Counted from the stretch's first letter, positions 12,401 to 22,416 are shown. The stretch is 64,000 bases of DNA from Okamejei kenojei (GCA_035221665.1 CM069154.1:5828001-5892000); one strand, 5' to 3'. The notes: a model not told the origin generated them from the sequence alone. A program made the numbers and translations.

Positions 12401-12675
12401 TACATCTTTGGAGTCATGAGGAGAACGTACAAACTCCATACAGACAGCACCCATAGTCAGGATTGAACCCGGATCTCTGGCGCTGTAAGGCAGCCACTCT
12501 ACCGCTGCGCCACCGTGCCGCACAATCTTATCATTAGGCAAGTCAACCTCTCCCAATTGTCCTTAGTTCCACTAAAACCTAATCTATCTATTATCATGTA
12601 CCAAAATGCAGCCAAGAGCAATTGCAGGCACTTACCTGAGAAGGAGATCATGAAATAAAGAAATACAAAGTCCAT
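6397..12675 (-). CDS. CD300/pIgR/TREM-like (MDIR-type) single V-domain receptor, activating type, 4 coding exons, 164 aa
   Basis: Exons 12675-12636, 8608-8276, 7412-7388 and 6493-6397 all have GT-AG boundaries and compatible phases (1,1,2). They total 495 nt with no internal stop: signal peptide, V domain, short stalk, TM with Arg, minimal tail. Confidence 0.85.
6580..6873 (-). mobile_element. HE1-type SINE
   Basis: Reverse complement of the consensus seen at 3055-3393 and 23057-23428. Confidence 0.85.
7106..7294. repeat. Inverted repeat arm 2 (partner 4921-5093), in the intron upstream of the TM exon
   Basis: Direct comparison with 4921-5093. Confidence 0.85.
7388..7412 (-). CDS. Receptor 1 25-nt stalk micro-exon
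   Basis: tactttttccaatcacag|AT ACG TCA ACG GCA AAG GAT ATC TG|gtaaag. It converts phase 1 to phase 2, exactly as needed to join the V exon to the TM exon (NTSTAKDIW). Confidence 0.7.
7548..7870 (-). mobile_element. Penelope-like 3' end with degenerate hammerhead motif
   Basis: ggaactgcagatg...gctggagtaac...acgtttcgggtcgacacc followed by a purine-rich UTR, as at 42330-42550. Confidence 0.65.
8276..8608 (-). CDS. Receptor 1 Ig V-set exon (CD300/pIgR-type)
   Basis: 333 nt, phase 1-1: (V)TNAALSGPRAVNGTEGQSVHITCTYARYFSKFPKYWCKGRDWMSCTILVQT...DGRISITDN...FSVTMEHLTLNDEGWYWCAI...VKLNIIE. It has the B-strand Cys, KYWC-x7-C second disulfide pair and DxGxYxC. Confidence 0.95.
9250..11075 (+). mobile_element. 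CR1 LINE fragment split by a Rex1-like insertion
   Basis: DYYL..KLGKGEVQQDLG before 9430 and RPHMEYCVQLWSP after 10437, with a (ctattgt)n tail. Confidence 0.88.
9430..10432 (+). mobile_element. Rex1/Babar-like LINE, 5'-truncated (RT C-terminus ORF 9458-10228)
   Basis: LSPLLYSLYTHDC, FAYDTTVVG (mutated FADD), NTSKTKELIVDF and FKFLGVHI. Ends in a (ctttga)n tail with a gaatc target duplication at 9425-9429/10433-10437. Confidence 0.85.
11100..11425 (-). mobile_element. CR1 3' fragment
   Basis: TRGHKIKVKGKRFNRNLRGNFFT..VVGVWNKLP plus 3' UTR. Confidence 0.85.
11995..12120 (-). mobile_element. Degenerate Deu-domain SINE (SacSINE1/AmnSINE-like) 3' part
   Basis: The reverse complement tgtgggaggttgatgcacacaaat...cctacattacgacagtgattgca resembles the recalled DeuSINE 3' region. 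Confidence 0.45.
12254..12520 (-). mobile_element. HE1-type SINE (internally deleted)
   Basis: The head cacggtggcgcagcggtagag and the tail are both present. Confidence 0.82.
12636..12675 (-). CDS. Receptor 1 signal-peptide exon
   Basis: ATG GAC TTT GTA TTT CTT TAT TTC ATG ATC TCC TTC TCA G|gtaag = MDFVFLYFMISFS, phase 1. Confidence 0.85.
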
Positions 12676-12790
12676 AGTTTTCCGTTTTTAAAGTAAATAT
12701 GATCCCAGTGGAACTTGTGATATTGTTCCTATTTTGTATCTTTGCACAGCTCTGATTGAGTTTCGAAATTACCATTCGTTATAGAAAGTA

Positions 12791-12798
12791 TATTTATA
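12791..12798 (-). promoter_or_regulatory. Candidate TATA box of receptor 1
   Basis: TATAAATA on the minus strand, about 115 bp upstream of the ATG. Confidence 0.55.
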
Positions 12799-12837
12799 GC
12801 AATGGCATGGGGCTGGTGACAGAATGAGTTATAGAAG

Positions 12838-12982
12838 CCTATGGGGTGGGAGATTGCAACCTTCACGTGGTCCGCCCAGTTTTAACTAATGCAATCAACC
12901 CGACATGCAAATTCAAATAAGATCAAATTGAGCAAGCTGTCCGACAACTTTAGGCTGTGCACGCCATACGCAAGAAGAAGAA
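12838..12982 (+). mobile_element. Short non-LTR 3'-end insertion with (aag)n tail
   Basis: Ends gcacgccatacgcaagaagaag and is flanked by an atagaag direct repeat (12831-12837/12983-12989). Family not assigned. Confidence 0.5.
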
Positions 12983-13289
12983 ATAGAAGATATAGAATAT
13001 AGAAGTCTTACTATTTTATTCTCAGCTCATTCTAGCATTGATGCAAGTTTCAGGATTGGATATTAAGCTGCGGCTGAGCAAAGATAAATCTTAAGGCCTG
13101 ATGTTTGGGATCTGGTGATTAAATTATTTCTGAATGCTAAGAACTATATTCTGCACTCTGTATCTTTACCTTCACTCTACCGATTATACTTGACTTTTGT
13201 CTTGATTGCATATGATCTAAGCAGAAGTCCAGAACAGATAAGAATTCAAAATCCGCAAAGCAGTGACATGCATTGAATCCCTCTACACG

Positions 13290-13680
13290 TCACACTGCCT
13301 CATCAAGGCCACCAGCATTATCAAGGGCGTGCCTCTCCCTCTTCTCCCCTCTCCCATCAGGTAAGAGGTGCAGACGTTTGAAAACGCACACAACCAGATT
13401 CACAGACAGTTTCTTCCCAGCTGTTATCTCCCAACTGAACCATCCTCTCAGTAACTAGGGATCTGTTCTGACCTTCCATCCACCTCATTGGAGACCTTTG
13501 GACTATCTTTAATTGGACTTTACTGGACTTTATCTTGTACTAAACGTTATTCCCTTGATGATACTGTGGACGGCTCAATTGTAATCATGTGTTGTCTTTC
13601 CACTGACTGGATAACATGCAAGAGAAATGCTTTTCACTGCACCTTGGTACACATGACAATAAACCAAACTAAACTAAACA
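13290..13680 (+). mobile_element. Rex1-like LINE 3' end
   Basis: SLFSPLPSGKRCRRLKTHTTRFTDSFFPAVI, then UTR and (taaac)n. Confidence 0.72.
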
Positions 13681-13804
13681 ATGTGACCCAAGATTGTGTT
13701 GTGGACATAAGTGAGAAGTTGAACGTTACACTTGGTCGGCTTGATTGTAATCATGTATAGTCTTATTGTCACATGCACCTTGGCACACGTAACAATAATA
13801 AAGT

Positions 13805-14125
13805 AAAGCACAGAGTCTCTTGCCAAGAGTAGGAGAATAGAGAACCAGAGGACATAGGTTTAACATGAAGGGAAAAGATTTAATAGGAATCTGAAGGGTC
13901 ACCTTTTCATGCAAAGGGTGGTGGGTGCATGGAACGAGCTGCCTGAGGAGGTAGTTGAGGCTGGGACTTTCGCAACGTTTAAGAAACAATAAGACAGGTA
14001 GATGGATAGGACGGGTTTAGAGGGTTCTGGGGTAAATGCAGGCAGGTGGGACTAGTGTATATGAGGCATGTTACTGTGGGCAAATTGGGCCGAAGGACCT
14101 GTTTTCACGCTGTATCACTCTATGA
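13805..14125 (+). mobile_element. CR1 3' fragment
   Basis: accagaggacataggttt...tggaacgagctgcctgaggag and CR1 3' UTR. Confidence 0.8.
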
Positions 14126-14936
14126 TGCTATGAAAATAAAGTATGAGTAAAGTAAAGTAAACTAATTCCTTGCTTGCACTATGATCAGGTTTTTTCCCAC
14201 AATATTGATGAGATCTGTAGGCATCTATTTCCACTTCAGTCACGTTGGTTATTTTACAAAAGGCTCCATGAGGAAGTGCCTGTTTCTGTTTTGCATTCAC
14301 TATTCAACCCAGTTTCGGTCACAAACTTCCAAATGAACTTTAATAATCCATTGGTTGCAAAATCTCCCCTAACCTCAGGCTGATGATGTGAGTGGGGCAG
14401 AAGTAATCTTGTTCATCAATCTTTTGAACAGTGGACCTCTTAATCCCTCCTGTCTAAATACCTCCCGATGTGGTGTGGGAACAAGATTTTATTTAAGAAT
14501 TCTCTTGTGCAGAGCTTTGAAATGTTCCACTGTGTTAAAGTTGCTTTATTATAAACTTTTATTTCAGACTCAAGGTTCAGACAAGAGACGACATTACATA
14601 TAATACATACCATATAAAAACATCATAAAATACATATAAAAGCATAGTAAATTACTTATAAGAGCATCATAAATTATATACAAAAACACAATACATGATT
14701 TAAAATCCAGAATAAAAAGAAAGATCAATGTCCTACAACGAGACAATGATACCAGTGGCTCCACTGTTGGGATTGGTAGCCTGTAGTGCTAAACCTTATG
14801 TTTGACAGGAACATGATAATAGTGAGATTAAATGAGAACTTACCAATTCGAAGTTTGATCTGTATTTTATGAGGAGTTACGATGAGGGATTACGTGAAGA
14901 CCCCGTCCAGCACGCATGCGCGACATTCTTCAAAGC

Positions 14937-15314
14937 GTGATGAATATTTTTTATTAGTTGTAAATACATATTAATAGAAAATACTTCTTACATACATTCA
15001 TAATATTATTAATATTAACATTTAAGACTTTATATTTCTATACATTTTTTTTTAATAAGTAAGAAAGGATAGAGAAAAATAATATAGAGGTAAAAAATCG
15101 AAAATAAGGAAGTGAATGGAGTATTAAAAAGTTATCCATCGTTGGAGATATATCCATGATTTATTATACGTAATTCTTCATCTATTCTATTATTCAGGCC
15201 TCAGTCAGGCTCTCACACCGAGCCACTTTGACCCTGTAGATATTCAATATATGGAGACCATATCCCTCTGAAAAGATCCAACCTGTCCATTAGGACGAGC
15301 CTCAATCTTTCCAG
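14937..15314 (-). mobile_element. L1-like 3' fragment inserted in the DIRS 3' terminal region
   Basis: LERLRLVLMDRLDLFRGIWSPYIEYL resembles an L1 ORF2 C-terminus, followed by an AT-rich UTR. aaagc is repeated at both junctions. Confidence 0.6.
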
Positions 15315-15430
15315 AAAGCAGCGGTGTGGATTCACAGAAAAAACACAACAATTGAAATAAATATAGTAAAGAAAAAATAAGAACTTAATTACCAGTTGAT
15401 CTGTATAATAGAGGGTGGGAGCGGAGGGCA

Positions 15431-15543
15431 CGTAATCCCTCATCGTAACTCCTCATAAAATACAGATCAAACTTCGAACTGGTAAGTTCTTATTTAATCT
15501 CACTATTTTATTTCGGAGTCACGTGAGTGACTACGTGAAGACT
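15431..15543. repeat. DIRS internal complementary region (ICR)
   Basis: 15431-15507 is the reverse complement of 14819-14897, and 15507-15543 is the reverse complement of ~20143-20182. Together they spell the circle junction. Confidence 0.9.
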
Positions 15544-15712
15544 TCAAAGCTCTGTGATTCCGAACCGTGTACCAGCTCCTGCTTCACTCACTGTCTGAAG
15601 ACCTTAGAGGGAGGAAGTATGTTATCACAATCAACAATAACCTGTTTGTGAACAAAAAAGGTTTATTAATGACAACAAAAAACAGAGAGCTCCCCCGGGC
15701 TTAAATTAAATA

Positions 15713-16685
15713 TTATCTGCACTCTAAAATTCTCTCTGCAAATGTAGCAGGTTCCGCCAGCGGCTTATTATAAAACCTTTGGAAAGTTCTTTCCGAGGAC
15801 CATCCTGCTCTGGCCAGAATATGGTCCATAGGCACGTCCATTCGCCTACCCGCCGACGTAGATGCAGCCCTGGTGGAGTGAGATTTGTAAACATTAGTAT
15901 TGACTCCCGCGGACCTAAGCACCTGCTTGAGCCACCTTGAAATGGTTTGGCTCATCACCTGACCATGAGGCTTCTTGTGGCTTATCCATAAGGCTTTTTC
16001 TCTCCCTCTTAAGTTGTATGTTGTGTCTATGTAATTTGCGAGATGGGTCTTGGCACACAGCCGTGGGTCAGATGAATATGCCCGGAACTCCATGACTGGA
16101 GGCGTGGTACCTGGTCTAGTTTGTTTGACCTGTCCCTGAATATGGAATGTGAAACAGTCCAATGACTCTGTCATGCTGTCCAGCCTCAGAAGGTGGACGG
16201 ACTGTACCCTTTGAGCTGACACTAGTGCCATGAGCATGACTGATTTCAGAGTAAGTTGTTCCAGCGTGAGTGACCTGGGTGGTGGCCATCCCCTATGGTA
16301 CGTCAGCACAATGCTGACATCCCAGATCTGAGTGTACCTTGGTCTGGGGGAATTAGTGTTAAAAATGCCCCTCATGATTTTGACCACTAGTGGATGGGAC
16401 CCCAAAGCCTGTTGTCCTGCTGCTGGAACCAAATAAGCTGACAACGCACTCCTGGCTGTATTGATGGGGCTGTAGCTGAGTCCTTCCCGATGTAATCCAA
16501 CCAGGAAACTCCACAATACTGGTGGCTGTAGCTGTTGATTAGGTAGTTCCTGTTTTGGAGCAATACCGTTCCCATTTTCTTATGTTGGTCAGGTATTGTC
16601 TCCTGGTGGACTCCCGGTGGGATGTGGTCATCATGTTGATGGCATCCTCAGACAGTCCCAGGCCCAGTAGAGGTCTTTTTAGAAT
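15713..16685 (-). pseudogene. DIRS tyrosine recombinase (core ORF 15713-16516 intact; N-terminus frameshifted)
   Basis: SAQRVQ, HSTRAASTS, AGW and TFQRFY supply the R-H-R-W-Y catalytic set. Confidence 0.9.
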
Positions 16686-18858
16686 CTGCAAGCCAGGAGA
16701 TTGACTCTGTCATTGCACGGGTGACTAATGCCTGACACTGGGTGGATTAATAATTCTGGACTGCTGGGGAATTCCAACGGTGTTTCGACAGCCATGTCGA
16801 GGGCCACTGGGAACCAAAGCTGTGTAGGCCAGTCGGGTATTATCAAGATTCCTGAAGCGGAATCCAATTGAATCTTGCGTAATACCCGACTGATGAGGCA
16901 GAAGGGAGGAAAAGCATAAAAGAACATTTTCCCCCAATGCAGTGTGAATGCATCAACTGCTGCTGCCTCAGGGTCTGGTTCCCAAGCGACATACGTTGGT
17001 ACCTGGTGATTCAGCCTGGATGCAAATAGATCGATATCTGGTGTGCCATATTGCTTTGTAATTTCAGCAAATACTTTGGGATTTAACATCCATTCGATGT
17101 TATCATTAAATCTGCGTGACCTGGTATCTGCCACTGTATTTTGCTTACCTGGTAGGTAAGTTGCTGATAACCAAATATGTCTTTCGACACACCATTGCCA
17201 GATTAGGTTGACCAAATTGTCACACGATATCGACTTTACACCACCCATGTGGTTGATATAAGCCACCACCGTGGTATTATCTAATTGCAACCGGACATGT
17301 GCATGATGTGTATTAGATGAATATGCTTTTAAACCATAAAACGCACCCAACATTTCTAAGTAGCTGATACCCCGTGTCTGTAGGCAAGATGATTCAGAAT
17401 TAGTCCATCTGCCCCCTGTGCTGGATTGCATGTTAGTTGCTCCCCAGCCCAAAGCACTGGCATCCGTTTGAATGGTTAATACTGGGTTGGTGATTATTAT
17501 GGGACTGGAACTGAGCCTAACGTTCCTTGTCCACCATTGTAACTCTAGAATGGATTCAGCAGTTAAATTCATAACTCGGTCAAAGTGACCTGAGTTTTGC
17601 TTTAGTGCGTGCACTTTTGCTCTTTGCAAATTTCGATAGTGCAAAGGCCCAAATTGTACAGCTGGAAAAGCTGCTACCATTTTACCAATAGCTCTAGCCA
17701 CCTGCCGTACGGTTGACTGATGTTTATCCATTAGTTCACTGCATGATAGTGCCAATTCTGATGCTTTCCCCTTCGGCAGAGTTGCAATCATGCGAACAGT
17801 ATCAATCGTAAATCCAAGATAGTCCATGGTAGTGGACAGTGTAAAATTGGATTTATCTGGATGTATGACAAACCCCAAAGTTTCAAACAAACGTTTGGTG
17901 GCTGCTACTGCCTAAATAGCTGTCTCCAAGGTTTTCCCTACTATTAAAATGTCGTCTAAGTACGCCATGACTATATGCTTTTGTTTCCTCAATAATGCCA
18001 AAGCAGGTTTTAAGATTTTAGTGAACAACCTTGGAGCGGAGGTTAGTCCATTTGGTAAGGCTTTAAATTGCCATAGCTGTTTCATCCAGATGAACTTTAA
18101 GTATTTACGATGCTCCTTGTGTATGGGTACTGAGTAGTAGGCATCTTTTAAATCAATGCTTGCTAGAAAGTAACCTCTAGAAATCAATAATCTGGCTGTT
18201 TCAAAGGTTTCCATCTTACCATATAACCATATAACAATTACAGCACGGAAACAGGCCCTCTTGGCCCTTCCAGTCCATGCCAATCATTTGTTTTCCCCTA
18301 GTCCCATCTACCTGCACTCAGACCATACCCCTCCATTCCCATCCTGAAATGTATATACTTAACAGACTCGTTTAAAGTAGTTAAGTCAATGATGATGCGA
18401 CATCCACCATCTTTTTTAGTTTTAGTGAAAATATTAGACACAAATTCCAAAGGTTCATGTTTTGTTCTTTCAATGACACCTTTTGCTAGTAGCCTCATCA
18501 GTTCAGCTTGACCCTCTTGTTTCTCTTTGACTGAGAGGGTGGATACCCTTTGGAGTATATGCTGAACTGGCAGAATGTTTTCATGAACAAAGTCAATTTT
18601 ATAGCCATGAATGCTGCTGAGTATATACTTGTCATTAGTGATGGATTCCCATGCATCCAAAAACAAGTGCAATCTTCCCCCTGTTAGTATAGAGCCCCTA
18701 CTGCTCATGTGCTGAGAGGAACCAGACCCACCTACCTCCATGGTTACTGGTGCTTCTTCTGCCTCTTCTATGGATGATGAGGTCTCTGTTGGGCTGTAGA
18801 GGGCTGCTGTTGATGTTGATGTTGATGTTGATGTTGTTGGGGGTGGCGCATTTTCCAT
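16679..18858 (-). pseudogene. DIRS pol (RT-RNase H-methyltransferase-like), broken by a CR1 insertion and a stop at 17912
   Basis: SIDLKDAYY, LPNGLTSAPR, YLDD (RT); TDAS..GWG, LDNTTVV, NTVAD (RNase H); IDLFAS, YAFPPF, PDWPTQLWF (MTase-like). Confidence 0.92.
18216..18338 (-). mobile_element. CR1 3'-UTR insertion in DIRS RT
   Basis: Matches the CR1 end at 61087-61200. ccatc is duplicated (18211-18215/18339-18343), and removing the insert restores HFRM-ETF. Confidence 0.88.
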
Positions 18859-19985
18859 GGGGTCCGCTCTGGGCCCTGGCCTAAAAAAGGCTTACGGGGA
18901 ATAGTTGCGGACCCCGAACTTTCACCAGTCGCATATGGTGGTCGACGACTGGTGGACGCCGAGGGGTACTGCCGCCTGGGTTTGTTCGGTCTGCTCGGTC
19001 CCAAACCTGCCCTCACAAGACCAAAGGTCTTGGATTCTTCCTCTAGGTCTTTCACCTTTTTCGGAAGGTCCTTTCCAAAGAGCAGAATTGGAGGTTCTGA
19101 ACCCGGTGTTTTGCAAAGTCCCGCAAATTTAGGGTTGAGGGCAGGCTTGATGATTTCCTTCCGTAAATTGTTTATCTCATATCGAGTGGTGCACAGCAGA
19201 GCTAATGTGTCTTGCTGATTTGTGGAGATGTCCACACCATCAATGGACCGAGCATATGATGTTATTCCTGCAGTCAGGAGTTTAAGGATTTTCTGGAGCT
19301 TCAACTCCAGGTTCCTGATGTTCTGCCCCAAATGTCCCCAAATTTGGCTGTTTACAGCTGGTACATTCAATGATGTACAATTTTCTGGGGCTGTATATTG
19401 TTCAAGAGCCTCATTGACCACCTGTTCTTGTAGGGGTTTTGCGGACAGGTGGTCAATGCTGGCTGCAAGTTTCGGCTCTAAAGGCCGACCCGCTCGTGGA
19501 ATGACCACGTAGCGGTTGACCACACCCAACAATTCTTCCTGATCCTGTACACCCTGCGTACTCTGGACTTCTTCAGCCAGCAACCCCTCTTCTTGACCAG
19601 CCCAGACCTGGTTGCCAATGCTGCCTTCAAAAGAAGGTGAAGCAATGGTCAGTGCCGTATTAGGCACTGCGGGAGTGCCTGAGCTCCCTTGGCGAGTCTG
19701 CTGCTGCTCTCTCAGCAGATCTCGCTGGAGCAATTGCTCCATAAGCCGTTCCATTCAGCTTAGGCGGCTGCCTGTGTCGCTCTCGAGCGGTGAGGCATCT
19801 TCATCCGAATTGTCGGATACTACCGCCAGGTTCTGGCTGCAGGTACCTCCAGCCCGCTGCTCTGGCTGCACTAGCAGTGCTGGGCTCGGCTCGGTAGTTA
19901 TTCCTGCCGCCTCTTGCCCCCCCCTCCAAAGAACGTTCCCCAACGGAAGACGAACGGGGGCGAGCTGCACTCTGGTCTTGCTCAT
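18768..19985 (-). pseudogene. DIRS gag-like ORF1 with one in-frame stop at 19755-19757
   Basis: ORFs 19755-19985 and 18768-19754 are contiguous and in frame. YTAPENCTSLNVPAVNSQIW, LRKEIIKPALN and LLFG are DIRS gag-like motifs. Confidence 0.8.
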
Positions 19986-20228
19986 TCTCCTGGAACATAA
20001 AGCAGACCACAGAGAAAATACACACGGGCACGGTAAAACTTACCTGTCGGCCCGACTTTTCAATTTGTAGCGGGAGCGCCTTGAACTCCCGTTCTTCGCG
20101 GGTGCACTGCATGAACGCTAATGTCGCGCATGCGTGCTGGACGGGGTCTTCACGTAGTCACTTACGTGATTCTGAAATAAAATTGCATTTTCAGTCATTT
20201 ATCCTGCAAATGAATTTATACATATTTC

Positions 20229-21439
20229 GAAACATAGAAACATAGAAATTAGGTGCAGGAGTAGGCCATTCAGCCCTTCGAGCCTGCACCGCCATTCAAT
20301 ATGATCATGGCTGATCATCCAACTCAGTATCCCGTACCTGCCTTCTCTCCATACCCTCTGATCCCCTTAGCCACAAGGGCCACATCCAACTCACTCTTAA
20401 ATATAGCCAATGAACTGGCCTCAACTACCCTCTGTGGCAGAGAGTTCCAGAGACTCACCACTCTCTGTGTGAAGAAAGTCTTTCTCATCTCGGTCTTAAA
20501 GGATTTCCCCCTTATCCTTAAGCTGTGACCCTTGTCCTGGACTTCCCCAACATCGGGAACAATCTTCCTGCATCTAGCCTGTCCAACCCTTAAGAATTTT
20601 GTAAGTTTCTATAAGATCCCCTCTTAATCTCCTAAATTCCAGAGAGTATAAACGAGTCTATCCAGTCTTTCTTCATAAGACAGTCCTGACATCCCAGGAA
20701 TCAGTCTGGTGAACCTTCTCTGCACTCCCTCTATGGCAATAATGTCCTTCCTCAGATTTGGAGACCAAAACTGCACGCAATACTCCAGGTGTGGTCTCAC
20801 CAAGACCCTGTACAACTGAAGTAGAACCTCCCTGCTCCTGTACTCAAATCCTTTTGCTATGAAAGCTAACATACCATTCGCTTTTTTCACTGCCTGCTGC
20901 ACCTGCATGCCTACTTTCAATGACTGGTGTACCATGACACCCAGGTCTCGCTGCATCTCCCCTTTTCCTAATCGGCCACCATTTAAATAATAGTCTGCTT
21001 TCCTGTTTTTGCCACCAAAGTGGATAACCTCACATTTATCCACATTATACTGCATCTGCCAAACATTTGCCCACTCACCCAGCCTATCCAAGTCACCTTG
21101 CAGTCTCCTAGCATCCTCCTCACAGCGAACACTGCCCCCCAGCTTAGTGTCATCCGCAAACTTGGAGATATTGCCTTCAATTCCCTCATCCAGATCATTA
21201 ATATATATTGTAAATAGCTGGGGTCCCAGCACTGAGCCCTGCGGTACCCCACTAGTTACTGCCTGCCATTGTGAAAAGGACCCGTTTACTCCTACTCTTT
21301 GCTTCCTGTTTGCCAGCCAGTTCTCTATCCACATCAATACTGAACCCCTAATACCGTATGCTTTAAGTTTGTATACTAATCTCTTATGTGGGACCTTGTC
21401 GAAAGCCTTCTGGAAGTCCAGATATACCACATCCACATC
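20229..21439 (-). mobile_element. Young CR1 LINE, 5'-truncated
   Basis: 270-aa open RT ([23 protein letters not shown]) and a (tatgtttc)n tail. 16-bp TSD with one mismatch at 20213-20228/21440-21455. Confidence 0.95.
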
Positions 21440-22059
21440 AATTCATACATATTTCTTAGGATAGACTCCTGCAGCCACAAACATTTCACTGGCACTACAC
21501 CATCTAGGTTTCCTTAGCAGTGTTCTCATGGCATCATTATAAGCCACCTTTAGTTTCTGTAAACTTGTCTTTCCGTAGTATGACCACAGGTGTGCAGTAT
21601 AGAGTGGTGTCCAATATGTTCTAATCAGAGGCATCTTTACCACTTCTGTACACGCACCAAACATAAGTAAGATAATATTTGCCTGTACATACAGCATACG
21701 TCGTTGCCTATAAATATCCTCATCATAGTCATTTATAAGTAAAATATCATCTTAACACCTCAACCATGACTCAAATGGTATTTTTTAATGGTGTTAAGGT
21801 TGGTAACAATTGATCATTGTTAAGGTTAACACCATTGATGAGCAGAGGGTTCTTTCGGTCCATATCCATGACTCTCTGGAAGTGGTAACACAAGTAGATA
21901 GAGTGGTAAAAAAAGGATTAAAGGAAATAATAGGAAAGGTTTTGTAAATGTTATCCAGGATATCGCATTTTGTTCAAATAATTCAATGTTATCTGACCTA
22001 GAAACTATCACCTGGGAATAGAACTACTTAGGGACATAGTCATGGCCTCACGGCACAGA

Positions 22060-22416
22060 AACAAGCCCTTCAGTTATAGTTTAGAGACACAGCATGGAAA
22101 CAGGCCCTTCAGTTATAGTTTAGAGACACAGCATGGAAACAGGCCCTTCGGCCCACCGAGTCCGTGCCCACTAGCGGTAATCCCGTACACTAGCACTGTC
22201 GTAAATACTAGGGACAATTTACAATATTTATCTAAGCCAATTAACCTACAAACCTGTACATCTTTGTAGTGCGGGTGGAACTCTGAGCACCCGGAGAAAC
22301 CCACATAGGTCACAGGGAGAACATACAAACTCTGTACTGACAGCACCCTTAGTCAGGATCGAACCTGGGTCTCTGATGCTGTAAAGCAGCCACTGTACCG
22401 CTGTGCCATCGTGTCG
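22060..22416 (-). mobile_element. HE1-type SINE with tandemly duplicated tail
   Basis: Full SINE plus a 40-bp duplication of ...ttagagacacagcatggaaacaggcccttc. Confidence 0.85.

Larger units (their letters stand above)
14818..20183 (-). mobile_element. DIRS1-type tyrosine-recombinase retrotransposon, full length, disabled
   Basis: gag, RT/RNaseH/MTase-like and YR ORFs are present. Inverted terminal repeats lie at 14893-14928 and ~20120-20155, and the internal complementary region at 15431-15543. AAT is present at both ends. Confidence 0.93.
14545..21730 (-). mobile_element. RTE-X-like LINE 3' fragment, split into three pieces (14545-14817, 20184-20228, 21456-21730) by DIRS and CR1 insertions
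   Basis: The rejoined pieces read ...KLKVAYNDAMRTLLRKPRWCSASEMFV...MYKFICRIND..NAIIMFLSNIRFSTTGYQSQQWSHWYHCL, with a gagtctgaaataaa end. Family assignment is tentative. Confidence 0.6.

Noticed and set aside
15713-17890. Phage integrase plus methyltransferase, suggesting a prophage or bacterial contamination
   Set aside because: Both are standard DIRS domains, enclosed by ITR/ICR and nested in vertebrate repeats.
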